Below, piece after piece: positions 32,791 through 43,959 of a DNA stretch of 64,000 nucleotides. The first letter of the stretch is position 1. Each line of letters starts with the position of its first letter. Source of the stretch: Yuukianura sp. NJ FZ-2021 (taxonomy: Eukaryota); assembly GCA_046563655.1 (NCBI GenBank), contig CM102288.1, positions 4,712,001-4,776,000 of the forward strand, given 5' to 3'. The notes under the pieces are model-generated. The model did not search any database and was not told the origin of the DNA. It saw only the letters and a program-made list of their open reading frames with translations. Position numbers and translations under genes: made by a program.

Positions 32791-35042
32791 TTATTCTGAC
32801 TTGGCGTTGGAATTGACTTGGTTGCAGTTCGTGTTGGCTGGATTTGGCCAGTCGCAGATTTTGGTTTCTGGATTCCACTCGGTTCCTTCTCGGCACGAAA
32901 ACTCCACTGGAACGCCATGGACACACCAGTAGTACTGAAATTTAAGATGTCATTAATAAGAAATCAAAGGTCAACATAAAGGTCAAAGGTCAAATTACCT
33001 TTCGACAATCCTCTTCATGCGGATAGTACTGTTGTTTGGAACAATCGTATGTCCCTTCCGGTAATCTGTGGTCTTCATCAGGAGTGTTTGTTGTTCCAAC
33101 CTCTGACTCTGGCGTTCCCGTTCCGACTTCAACCGGTTTCGGTGTCACTGCAGCGGTCGTTGGCTTTGGTGTCGGATTTTGCCAACTCGGAGTCACTGAT
33201 TGGCCAGACGGAACTGGAGGTTTGAGCCAATCAGGGCGCGTGTCTGGCCGTGGCTGAGCCACCGGGACAATGTACCCCTTCATGCCTGGCAAAACATGGA
33301 AAACTGAAAGTTGTCAACAATTTTGGGTTGGAGTAAGGCAAAAAGTATTGTTTGTAACCTTTTTGAAGAACGTCAATGAGAACGTCTTTTGGACCACAGA
33401 CACCGCGGAAGTCGTCCATGTCAATTGCCCAGTTCATGGCTCCAGCATAGCCCTTCTTCTTGATCCAGTCCATTTTGATTTTCAGCGAATCAGCGTCTTC
33501 GTAACCAATCCAGTTTTTCGCATAGAAGGTGTATGGCACAAGTCCAACGTTGTCATAAGCCTTCGTCCAATTCGGAGACTTTTGGTTCAAGCAAATCTGT
33601 AATTGGAAAAAAAGGAATTAAATTTTAGACAACGATTTTCAAATTCAGAATTTCAAATTTTGGAAAATCAAACCTCGTAGTAGCTAATGAAACCTCGAGC
33701 ATTTGTGTAATTTCCAGGATCTCCACCGTTCATCCACTTCACAATGTACGATCCAGGCTTCGTCTGTTTCTCATCGCTGAAATTGAAAACGAATTTGGAA
33801 AATATAAAACTGAAATATGAAATATGAAATTTTTGAAAATTTGAGTTGAATTTCAAAGGTTTGATGTGAAACTGGCTAGGTTATTCGAGTTGCTTCAAGT
33901 AAATTTTGATTGTCACCCCAAAATGAAACTTCGTCCGTAAAATGCTGTTCCGATGACGAGTTTGTCCGGTTGGCATCCCATGTCCACCCAGAGTTGCGTC
34001 CCATCATTGACATTGAGATTCTCATAAGCATATTCGTCAAACGGTCTTTTGTACAGCGGAGTGTGGACATCAGCAAATCCAGCCCAGTTTCCTCTGAGGT
34101 CATAGGTCATCACATGCACTGCATTCATCACAGCACACAACTCACGAACATAGTAGCCCTCTTGCAACCGAAACTTAGCTACAGGAACGGCCATTGTGAT
34201 TTCCCAGGCAGAATTGGCCTTGTCAAAGGCACTTCGCAATTCTTGCACGAATTCCCAGAAACGATCTTTGTCTGCCATCGTGCCTCCGCGGTCAGTCGCT
34301 GCTGGATACTCCCAGTCCAAGTCAAGGCCATCAAAGTCATACTTCTTCAAAAACTCTGAAAAACAACCAAAACATTCAAAATTTTACAAATTTTTCAAAA
34401 AAATGATTCCAAAACAAAAATCTTACCTACGACACTGGAGATGAACGATTTCCGTCTTGCTGGAACTGACACCAACTGGCTGTATTTTTTCCCGCCCTGT
34501 TTACAATAAAAGGCGGCACACCAATACATTTATAATTTTGTGTAAATAAATACTAATAAATTGTACAATAATATTATATTAATAAGTTATCATGAATAAT
34601 ACGTCTACCTCTGCCCAACCTCCTACTGCCACCGTTGTTGTCAACTTTGGATTCTGTTTTTTGAGATCCGTAAATTTTTTGAAATTGCCTTTTTCCACAT
34701 CAAGCTATGAAAAATGCTAGAATTAGACACTTGAAATGCTTTTGGTTGGTCAAAGGTCAAAGGTCACCGTACCTCTTGGTCCAGAATGAGAACTTCCCAA
34801 GTGACATTGGACACTCCGATGAATGCGTAGACGAGGTGAGTGCACTTGGTAATTGGAATGTCATCGACCGTGTACTTCCCAATTCCTGGACGATATACAG
34901 CCCAGTTTGAGTAGTAGCAAACGACTCTCGCTTCCTTTCCACCCATCCCGTCTGATTCAGTGTATGCTGCAGTAAGGGGCGGGGCTAAAACCAAAATTAG
35001 TTGCACAAATATTTGCACCAGCAAAATATTTGCACAACTCAT
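32791..35042 (-). CDS. Cht5: Group I endochitinase (GH18 + Pro/Thr linker + CBM14), Cht5-like
   Basis: Signal peptide; [27 protein letters not shown]; intact catalytic [38 protein letters not shown]-terminal YYWCVHG..FSC..GTEWN..ICDWP CBM14; stop at 32791-32793. Confidence 0.92.
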
Positions 35043-35647
35043 CTTGAAGATGCAAATTTGGATGAGCTGTTCAAAAGAAGCCAAAGATGCTTGTTATTGT
35101 TGGCAATTCGAGAATCGACTGGACGGAGATCCTGAGCTTTTCAGCTCTTTTGAAGCCTTGGGCTCAAGCACTTCCTAATGGACGGGAGTCAAGATCCTTT
35201 TAAAAATTCAAGAGATCAAAATATTGATCTTGCATTCTTTGACCTCTCGTGACCCCTGCCTCTTCTCTGCATATTTTGCTAATGGACTTTGATGGCTAAT
35301 GACCGATACAGTTGCCTTCCATTTCCATACAGTTTTGCCATTAACATTCACTTCCGATCTGCAAAGCCGTACAATTTTCACCTCTAACGAATTAACTCAT
35401 TAGGACTACACGATGGCTAAAATACCAATTTTTCACACCTTCACAATCAACACAAAGATTTCCGCATTTGGAGCCCAGAGTTTTGGACAATGCTTCAAAA
35501 AATTCAAAATTTTGACGATGTTTTCAAATTTTCCATGCAGCAACTACAGATAACGTGATGGGAATTCAGGTCATAAAAATGCTTTATATAATACATAAAT
35601 TATTTAAACTAATTCAGCTAAACATGTTTGTTAATAGTAATTATTTC

Positions 35648-35844
35648 GGTTGAGGTAGGAATAAATTGCATCTGTTGTAACCACCTGCTTCGTATTTGTA
35701 ACCACTCGATGGTTACACTATCTCACTTATTAGGTTAAATTTTTATACTACTCAATGTATCCAAGGGGGTGGTTACAGATAGGGCGGCGAGATGGTTATT
35801 TCAGTAGGTGGTTACAATAGATGTAATTAATCCTTACCTTAACC
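35648..35844. mobile_element. MITE-like element with ~43-bp imperfect terminal inverted repeats
   Basis: Left end GGTTGAGGTAGGAATAAATTGCATCTGTTGTAACCACCTG vs reverse complement of right end GGTTAAGGTAAGGATTAATTACATCTATTGTAACCACCTA; internal GTAACCAC/GTGGTTAC motifs; no ORF; no clear TSD. Confidence 0.7.
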
Positions 35845-35900
35845 ATTAATTCATTAGGTAAAAAAACTTTTTGTAGAATGATTTTTTGAATTTTGGTGCT

Positions 35901-36524
35901 TTAGTTAGACGTGAGTGGGGCCGAAGGTTGTTCGGCAGCCTTGTTCGCGCCAAAAATAGAGTCAATGACCGTGTTGGCGACACTTCTCACGTTTTCATTC
36001 CTGGTGAAAGTGAAGGATCCTCGTAGAATGTCACCCAAGTTTAAATTGTTGACCCCGCCAAGTAACGTTCTCAGCCCGGCATTGACACGTTCGATCGGAT
36101 AAGGTGGCTGAGTCGGAAGTTGAGCCGAGATTTGCTGCAGCGTCTGATCCAATTGGGCATTCACGTCGCGAGTTTCTTGCTGTCTCTGAGCATCAGAATT
36201 CCCGACTCCCACTCGGATAGCTCCGGAATCCTGGGTTGTTCCGGAACCAACCGAATCGGCATCTTTGATTGGCAAAACTCCCGATCCGGCTCCTGCTGAA
36301 CCATACTTCCGTGCTCGCCGTAGTTCTTTCAAAAATCGAATCACTGGAGTGTAGCGATCGTCATCGTGGTGTGGCATTCCTTCTAAAACCTTCAACAATA
36401 AAAAAAAACTATGTTAACTTTTGAATTAATTTTCATAAATTATCATAAATTTCAATTCCAAACTTACCGAAATTTGAGAAAAGCAAATACAGAGGAACGC
36501 GAAAAACGGAATTGCTGAATGCAT
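35901..36524 (-). CDS. Uncharacterised secreted protein with multibasic RRARK site (2 exons, ~181 aa)
   Basis: Exon 1 MHSAIPFFAFLCICFSQIS|GTAAGT splices in phase 0 to VLEGMPHHDDDRY... (ORF 35901-36398). Confidence 0.7.
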
Positions 36525-37174
36525 TTTGGAAATTTTAAATTTTGTAAGTTTTTGTTAAATGTGAAAATTTAATAAAAATGTTGCTCCTTCGTCAGAGGTC
36601 AAGCGACAACAAGAGTCAGCCAAGCTTAAATTGTTGTGAATCCAAAAAATAAACAAAAGTTTACCCACGATTTTCCTACTCATTGCGAAATCGTTGCAAT
36701 TATGCTTATCAACCATGCGAATATGTGAAGGCGTTCACTGACACCTCACTCCCATTTTTGCATTTTGTGCAAAAAATCTGCAACCAAAAGCCTCTTAACA
36801 TAGTAAATCTCATCATTAAAATTCATTTATGAAAAAAACTTGTAAGTTTTTTCATGTAATTTTGGCACTCCAATTGTTTGCCCTTTGTATTATGGGAAAG
36901 TCAAAAGTGGTTTGTGAGTCACAAATTGTGACCTTCACCCAACTTTTGACTTGCTCAATGTCTACAAGCTCAAGAATTTATGTGACAGTTCACACGAGAC
37001 TTTGTTACGACATTCATGAGAAAACAACATTTTGTCAGCCAGTTGATGATACATAATGCAAAGTCCATAATTTATTCTGGAAGACAATTAACGCAGTTCA
37101 CACGGGTCGTTTCATATTCACAATCACAATTTGTTAGTTATGTGAAAAAACTCGAAAAAATTGGTACGATTTTT

Positions 37175-37351
37175 GGTCAAGGTAAAGATTAACGACCGTC
37201 ATTCATTACCGCCTCAGGGTGTAGCCACTACGGCCATCTTTGGTGGCTACATAGGAGGCTACACCTGAGTGGTCATGGTGTTGCCACCTATCTGAGCAAC
37301 AAAAGATGCCCAGAGTGGCTACAATCACGGTCGTTAAACCTTACCTCAACC
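37175..37351. mobile_element. Second MITE-like element with related termini
   Basis: Left GGTCAAGGTAAAGATTAACGACCGTCATT vs reverse complement of right GGTTGAGGTAAGGTTTAACGACCGTGATT; internal GTAGCCAC/GTGGCTAC motifs. Confidence 0.65.
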
Positions 37352-37532
37352 TAATTTTTTAAGAAAATATTTTCAAGTGTCTGTTTTAACGTTATGCGAC
37401 TGACAAATCGGAACCTGCTTAAAATATAAACTCGGATGGTATGACTTACAAGGCACATGGAAAACTGGGAAACTCTTTGTACTCGATTCATATTGCAATC
37501 AGCAGTTCTAGGCTGATCTCAAAGTATAAACT

Positions 37533-39376
37533 TCAAATGTGGCATCCAGAAGAACTCGGCTCAAAGAATGACTTCCGGTAATTCGGAATTTCCGACTCAT
37601 TGACTTCGGCTTCGGCAGGACAAGCATTTGTAGGCGAGTCATTTTCACATGAAGGAACTGACACCTCCACCGGGTTGTCCAATTTGGCTAGACGGTATGA
37701 CTTCTCAGATTCCGTAAGAGTGGTTGACTCATTGATGTACTTTTTGATAACTTCTTTGATTGGTTTCATAAAGACGATCATGATGGTTGTATTGTCTTTG
37801 GAACCTTGGTATTTGGCATGTTCGAATAAGGTCATGCACAGTTTGCCTTCATTAACTACAAACAAAACACGAACTTCAGAATTTTCGAAGTTCAATTTCA
37901 GAATTGTGTTCTTTTCAAAAATATGTTGACTCACGATCAATAACGAGTTTGGATTTGATCAATTGGTGACACCGTTGTGGAGAAACATCGTCCCAGAGAC
38001 CATCCGTGGCCAAAATGATGTACTCCTCTGTTCCATCCAACGGGACTTCAACAATGTCTGGAGTAGGAATGATGAACTTCTTTAACTCAGGATCACCTAC
38101 AAAGTTTTACGAAACAAATTCGTAAACCAGGACTGAAACTTTAAAAATAAGCGTTACTAAAATACCAATAGCCCTCGACACCGCTAAGCATCCATTGACA
38201 CGCCACACATCAGAGTCAGCATCATTACACGACACGTTACCACCAAGACCTTCTATGCGCGTCATTTCATCCTGTAAAAAACAGAAAACAGTTATTTTTT
38301 AAGTTTTCAGAATTTGAATTTTAAAAAAAGTACTCAATTTCAAACAGCACTAACGATTCTTCCTGGTTTATGCGGAAATACAACTGAGTCAAGTCCAGTA
38401 CTACCTCTGCAAACCACCACTTGAGAGTCTCCTGCCCAAGCGACGTACATTTTGTCCTCAACGAAAAGAGTAATTGCCAGCGTCGTCCCACTCTTGTGGT
38501 CAGTCGCAGCACATTTACGAAGAAAGGCTTCGTCTGTTGCATGAAACGCTTCTGTGATTGCTTGCTCGACGTTTTCAGGAAACGATTCACGCTCGACTAT
38601 GTTAATGTGAAGTTGAGCCGCGGAGTAGTTGGCGGCTTCACTGCCGTCATGTCCATCAAAAACGGCGAAGTAACTTGTGCGTACAGGAATCTGTTAAAAA
38701 ACAAAACATATAAAAAAACGTTTCGAAAATAAAGTAAAAAAAAAAAATAGTTACATCGAAGATGTGATCCAAGGAAGGCACTATACAGAATCTGTCTTCA
38801 AGTGTCCTACGACCATTTTTAGTTGAAAGGCACACGATTTCATAAAATGGCTGTTTGAAAGTGACGTCCAGAACTTCTGGATTGTATTCCTCGGCATATT
38901 GCAGACATATTTCATCCACTTTGTTGATAACGACTTGCTTCGCATCCAGTGCATTGTACCAAAGAACTCCTAGAAATTCAAACTAACGTTATTTCTACGC
39001 CTTCATTAATGTAGCTTGAATTATTGAATCAATGATTCATTGATGCAAAAATACCGTCAATCTCTTTTCGTTTGGAAGTATCAAACTCTAGTGTGTCAAA
39101 CTGAGTTTTAAGTTGCTTGAGCAAAATGGTGATGAGATTCAGGGGGAAACGTCTGAAAGGAAGATAAGGTTAATCAAAATGTAAGAATATGTTAAAATGA
39201 CGGACACATGGAACATGGAAGACAAAATTCGAATACTTAGAGCAAAGATACTGTGAAGCCCAGTCGAGCAATTGGCCATGCAGCTCCGTTTCTGACACTG
39301 GAGGAAGCGGAAGGATACGGTTGAAAGCCGACGGTGGCTGGTAAGGCAAATAACTGCTAAAGTATTTGGAGTACAT
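37533..39376 (-). CDS. Protein phosphatase 2C, PPM1E/PPM1F-like
   Basis: KNGRRTLEDRF; YFAVFDGHDG; SGTT; VAWAGDSQ; WRVNGCLAVSRAIGD; ILATDGLWD; GSKDNTT; N-terminal ELHGQLLDWA segment reminiscent of PPM1E/F. Confidence 0.85.
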
Positions 39377-40479
39377 GGTTCGTTGAACTCAAAAGTAAGT
39401 TGCGATAAGTGTTTCGTCTCGGCGTCGGCACATGTGTTGTATTACTAGTCCGTCAATCCGAGTCACTTAGGTCACTGAAACAAACAAAACAAATAGTATG
39501 TTAGCACATTCGTACGTGCCAGCCAGCTATACCAAAGCAGACTAATACGAACAGGCGTCGATCTAAATGTTTAAGTTACTAATTTAATTGATATCAATAG
39601 CTGATATTAGCTTATTTGTAAGTAACTTCATACATTCTATTACGTCGTAAGTCAACTTACCTTAAATAAGTCCGACAGTCACTCGCTTCTGCCCTGCGTT
39701 TGTGGTTTTTTGTAAGTACCTATGATTTTTAATTAGAAAATTAAAATTAAACTGGACATTTTCTAATTTAGTTTTTTTCAATTGGGTTTAAAGTCACATA
39801 CGCCAGTGTATTTGTGCACATTATAGATTTACTTAAGTACCGAGCAATTTGCACTTTGGTTTCTAATTTATCAAAAACGAAAGTTGCCTTGCATTCCTAA
39901 ATATACATACAAGAGAAGTTAGTGAATTAATTTACTTTAAATTACTTTATTTCAATTGCTCACAAATAATTGATTAACACGTTTTAGCATTACATAATTG
40001 GAATTGGATTTATTTGTATTGAAGTATACAGGTGGTAAGTTCTGGTTAGCTTCAACCAGGATGCAAAGGAGGAAAATTTGCAATAAAAGGGTGGGGAGGG
40101 GGACACGCCCACTTAAAAATTTCAAACTACAAATTCCCGCTTCTCAAATGTAAACAATCAACAATCATAAACCTGAAAGGACACTGTTTGTTTTTCCATT
40201 TCCATTAATTTTCGGCTAATGATTTGATTTGACCTGAAACGCTCTCAGATTCTTTATCGGTTGAAGTCAGGTCAATAGAAGTCTGACGTCCACGGATGAA
40301 GGAAGGAACGTGAAAACGTGATTGATCGTAAGATTACCTTTAGCTATAAATGAAACCGGAAGTTCCGATGTAAGAACTTAATCTTAATCATAACATTCTT
40401 ATCTTAATTCACTACGTTTTTTTTAGATTTTCAAAGGCAACGCTAAACCGACTTAAGAGCTGCAGCCAATGTCCAGAAT

Positions 40480-41301
40480 ATGGCCAACCCGAGGTCTTGC
40501 CAAATTCCAGTCACAGGGGAGGCTCTTATGTACAAATCGTTTTTCTTAAAACCGTTGAGCACTGGAATATCTAAACTAGACTTGCTCCTTGAAGGTGGAT
40601 TGCATCCGGGAGAACTAATTGAAATTTATGGCAAATCGAATTCCGGCAAAACTGAGCTTTGTTACAAAATCTTGGCATCCATCTCAAGTCGAAGAGAGAA
40701 AAACGTTTCGTGTCTCTACGTGGATTTGCACAATGGATTTTCTGCCTCTCGCCTACTCCAGTACTGTGACCGCCAAAATTCACAAATCGTATCCCGATTC
40801 AACGTCGTTCAAGCATTTGGAGTTGATGGACTACTGCAAACTTTGAACCACCTTGAAGCTAATGTTGGTAATTGTGAATCACAGTTCTTTGAGAAGTTGC
40901 GACTGGTCATCATCGATGCTTTACCGTTTGCCTTTTACCCCATCATGGATAGTCGGAATCCTGCAAGAGAAACGCAAGAGCAGATTGTCAAATTGCTGAG
41001 AAGATTGGGATGTATCCACGGCCTAACCTTCATCTTAGTCAATCACGCTATAACTCAGTCCGAAAAAGTCATCAGAAAGACATCAAAAAGCATTAAGCCT
41101 GCTCTTGGAAAATACTGGTCTCACATACCCAACATCAGAATCAGTTTGAGTAGAAATGGAAATGGCATGATGGCTGAGGCTGGGGCTTTTGGACCGGAGC
41201 CAACGACTGATGATGTCTTTAGAGCTACTTTGGAAAAATCAGGGCATGGTCAAACGGAACGGTATTTTGACTTTCGAATTACCGAACATGACATCATCTA
41301 A
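40480..41301 (+). CDS. RAD51D: RAD51 paralog, RAD51D-like (intronless CDS, 273 aa)
   Basis: LSTGISKLDLLLEGGLHPGELIEIYGKSNSGKT (Walker A), LYVD..GFSASRL, LVIID (Walker B), LVNH, KPALGKYWSHIPNIRISL typical of RAD51D. Confidence 0.8.
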   Translation: MANPRSCQIPVTGEALMYKSFFLKPLSTGISKLDLLLEGGLHPGELIEIYGKSNSGKTELCYKILASISSRREKNVSCLYVDLHNGFSASRLLQYCDRQNSQIVSRFNVVQAFGVDGLLQTLNHLEANVGNCESQFFEKLRLVIIDALPFAFYPIMDSRNPARETQEQIVKLLRRLGCIHGLTFILVNHAITQSEKVIRKTSKSIKPALGKYWSHIPNIRISLSRNGNGMMAEAGAFGPEPTTDDVFRATLEKSGHGQTERYFDFRITEHDII

Positions 41302-42300
41302 ATTGGAAACAGCACGCCTCATCTTATGTCAGCAGTTCTTTCAGCAAAGTAAAAACAACAAAAATGTTATCTAAAAATCTGTTTGCACCCATTGTCTTTA
41401 ACATTTTACGTTTATTTAAGGAACTTGGATTCAGCGCCAAAAAAACAAAAGTGGGTAAAGAGGATGTAATCGACACCGTTTTCCGTGACCCTGACATTGT
41501 TGGAGTGTACCATACTGGCGACATGATCGAGAAATGTGCTGTCGGTTGTCGCATGGCCAAATGTAATTAACGACAGGCAGACGAAATGGAGTTTTCGTCG
41601 CATTTCACGTAAGATTAACAAAGTTCTAAAACTTTCTTAACAGTTAACTTTAATTGGTCCTTTACAAGCAATTGGATTTTTAAACTTAGATAATCATCTG
41701 TCTCTCAGGAAGTGCATAAAATCTATTCAGCTGTAAAAATTGGTCTGATGAAGGAAATCAACGAAGTCAAGCTGACAAGGAAGTCTTGACTCGGCTGTTT
41801 AGACTTTGGAGAATCTTTTGTAAATCTATTTTTAACTTTAAAAAAAATCTTTGGCAAGGCTTTGGAAATGTAAACGATGTAATGTGCAAAGTTTTCGAAT
41901 CAAATCTCCCACTAATCCCGTTTTTGCTTGGCTTCCAACTTTTTATTTCCAAGTTTATTTTAAAATTTTGCTTTTAGGACTTGGATCCGGCTCCAGTTTT
42001 GGTTCATATTCACACGGAAATTAAACAGCCACCACATCCGCCAGCTCATCGACTTCAAGCATCTTCGTAACCTTCATCTTCGACTTTCATCTTCATCGTC
42101 TTCATCTTGGCCTCCTTCATTCTGTCTTCAACGTTCACATCAGTTGGAGCCTCTCCCTCGTCTTACTGTTGCCAAAGGGCGCTGTCTGTTTCAATAGTTT
42201 ATAAGCTTAAAGTAAGATTAAACCACAAATTAACTAGATCTGCAATTAACAATTTTTGGACTTAACTAATTAATTAGTTTGATTTATTGCAGAAACTACA

Positions 42301-43434
42301 ATGGAAGACTACGAAGTGAGATGGCAACGTCCGGCAGCAACACGACGAGATTATAGAGCTTCGTCGGCTTCACGAGACTACCGAGAGTCTTCGGCTTCAC
42401 GTGACTATTACCGTGAATCGTCACTCGCTCGAGACTACCGTGAATCTTCAACTGCTCGTGATGCTCGGGAGAGTTCGGTAATGTCTACGACAAGCCGAAA
42501 CGTTCGAGCGACGTCTGTTTTACCAGCGTCGTTGAAGCACTACGAAGACTTGGCAGAAGCCGATGAAGATTACATTGCTGGAACAGGCTACTTGAACCGT
42601 GGACTTCATCAGGCCAAGAGAGCCTTATCCGAAGCTCGTGACATTTTGAGACGTTCAGTTCCCAGGGAATCGTCTGTCACGCGCGTCGTAAGCAGTTCAT
42701 CAGCCTATGACAAGAAAAGTAGTCGCATGGAAGACATTCAAGAATTCAGCGATGAAATTCTTAGAGAACGCCGTGAGAACAAAGGATTGTACGAAACTGG
42801 AACGTACAAAATCACTGTCACGCCACAAACGGACTACTGGTCAACCCGGATCCCAAGACGACTCTACACACGCTCTACTGTAGCAGCTCTCTTGGCTGCT
42901 TACAGCCCAAGACATTTTCCGGATTTCATCTTCGGACGATATGGCGGCAATACGCTGCAAAGGCCAGTTTCGGCTACTACGGATTACTATGACCCAAATT
43001 ATCAGTCAACTTTATTGGATTCATCTTCAAAGTATGACTTGGACTCCAAGTATCGCTCGTCTTATGATTCTAAGAACTACTACGACAAGGTGTCGTCGTC
43101 ATCAGCTTTTGAACGGGAAGGATCAAAGCGTAAATCTTCTTATGAAGAGGAAGAATTCGTTCCAGCAGCGCCGTCACGTCAACGACAGAGCTCATACGAC
43201 TACTTGAACAACAGAGAGAGCAGCAGCGTTCGGGATTTGAAGGATTTGTACAGCAGCAACTCTCGATACAATTACAACTACGAATTGATGAATTCTACTG
43301 AGAATTCCAAAGTAATTACTGACAAGAGGAAGAGCAAGTACTACCACTACTATATCCCCAGACATTATCCAGGAACTCCCATGCGAGGAGGTTACCTGGT
43401 CAATGCTGGACGGGACTATGGCTGGAGATATTGA
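42301..43434 (+). CDS. Uncharacterised Ser/Arg/Tyr-rich protein with RDYRESS repeats (377 aa)
   Basis: Single long ORF preceded by a 5'UTR intron (GTAAG at 42212..CAG at 42291); five ~9-aa RDY(Y)RESSxx repeats at 42346-42480. Confidence 0.75.
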   Translation: MEDYEVRWQRPAATRRDYRASSASRDYRESSASRDYYRESSLARDYRESSTARDARESSVMSTTSRNVRATSVLPASLKHYEDLAEADEDYIAGTGYLNRGLHQAKRALSEARDILRRSVPRESSVTRVVSSSSAYDKKSSRMEDIQEFSDEILRERRENKGLYETGTYKITVTPQTDYWSTRIPRRLYTRSTVAALLAAYSPRHFPDFIFGRYGGNTLQRPVSATTDYYDPNYQSTLLDSSSKYDLDSKYRSSYDSKNYYDKVSSSSAFEREGSKRKSSYEEEEFVPAAPSRQRQSSYDYLNNRESSSVRDLKDLYSSNSRYNYNYELMNSTENSKVITDKRKSKYYHYYIPRHYPGTPMRGGYLVNAGRDYGWRY

Positions 43435-43959
43435 TAACAGCATTTAGAGGAACTAACAATTTGAACGATTAATTTCATTGTTATAAACTTGACGGGAAAA
43501 AAAATTACAAAAAAAATTCATGGAATATGATTCGGTTTGTTTCTGTGCTGTAAATACCGCAATAAATTTCAATTGGATTCGAGAAACTAACCACCGGAAC
43601 TAATTGTTCTAAGTTAATTAGTTATTAATTAAGTTTAATTATTATTAATAGATTATTGTAAACAGTAACCAAACTACTAAATATTAACATTTGCCTAGGG
43701 GCTGTGAAAAGATGCCAGATGATGCCACAGCCACTCCCCACACCAACCGCCGGCGGGAGAAAAGTATTTTGTTGTCCGTTGGTCTACACGCAGTTTTTGT
43801 TTTCATGTTTTCTTCAAAAGTTTGATTTTTATTTGCTGTTGTCTTCTGAACCTTCTTTCTTACCATCTCCGACAGATTGATTAATTTCGTTAATTTAATT
43901 GCTTGCAGTTCTTAATCGTTTCGTAACTTATCTATTTATTGACTCGGGAGTCCAGATTC

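Noticed and set aside
32352..32926. Several Q/N/I-rich ORFs on the minus strand
   Set aside because: Artefacts of the 31-bp minisatellite; the chitinase frame stops at 32791.
41324..41621. Short overlapping ORFs after RAD51D (DPDIVGVYHTG resembles an MPN motif; minus ORF has a signal-like start)
   Set aside because: Too short, no consistent splice partners; the resemblance may be chance.
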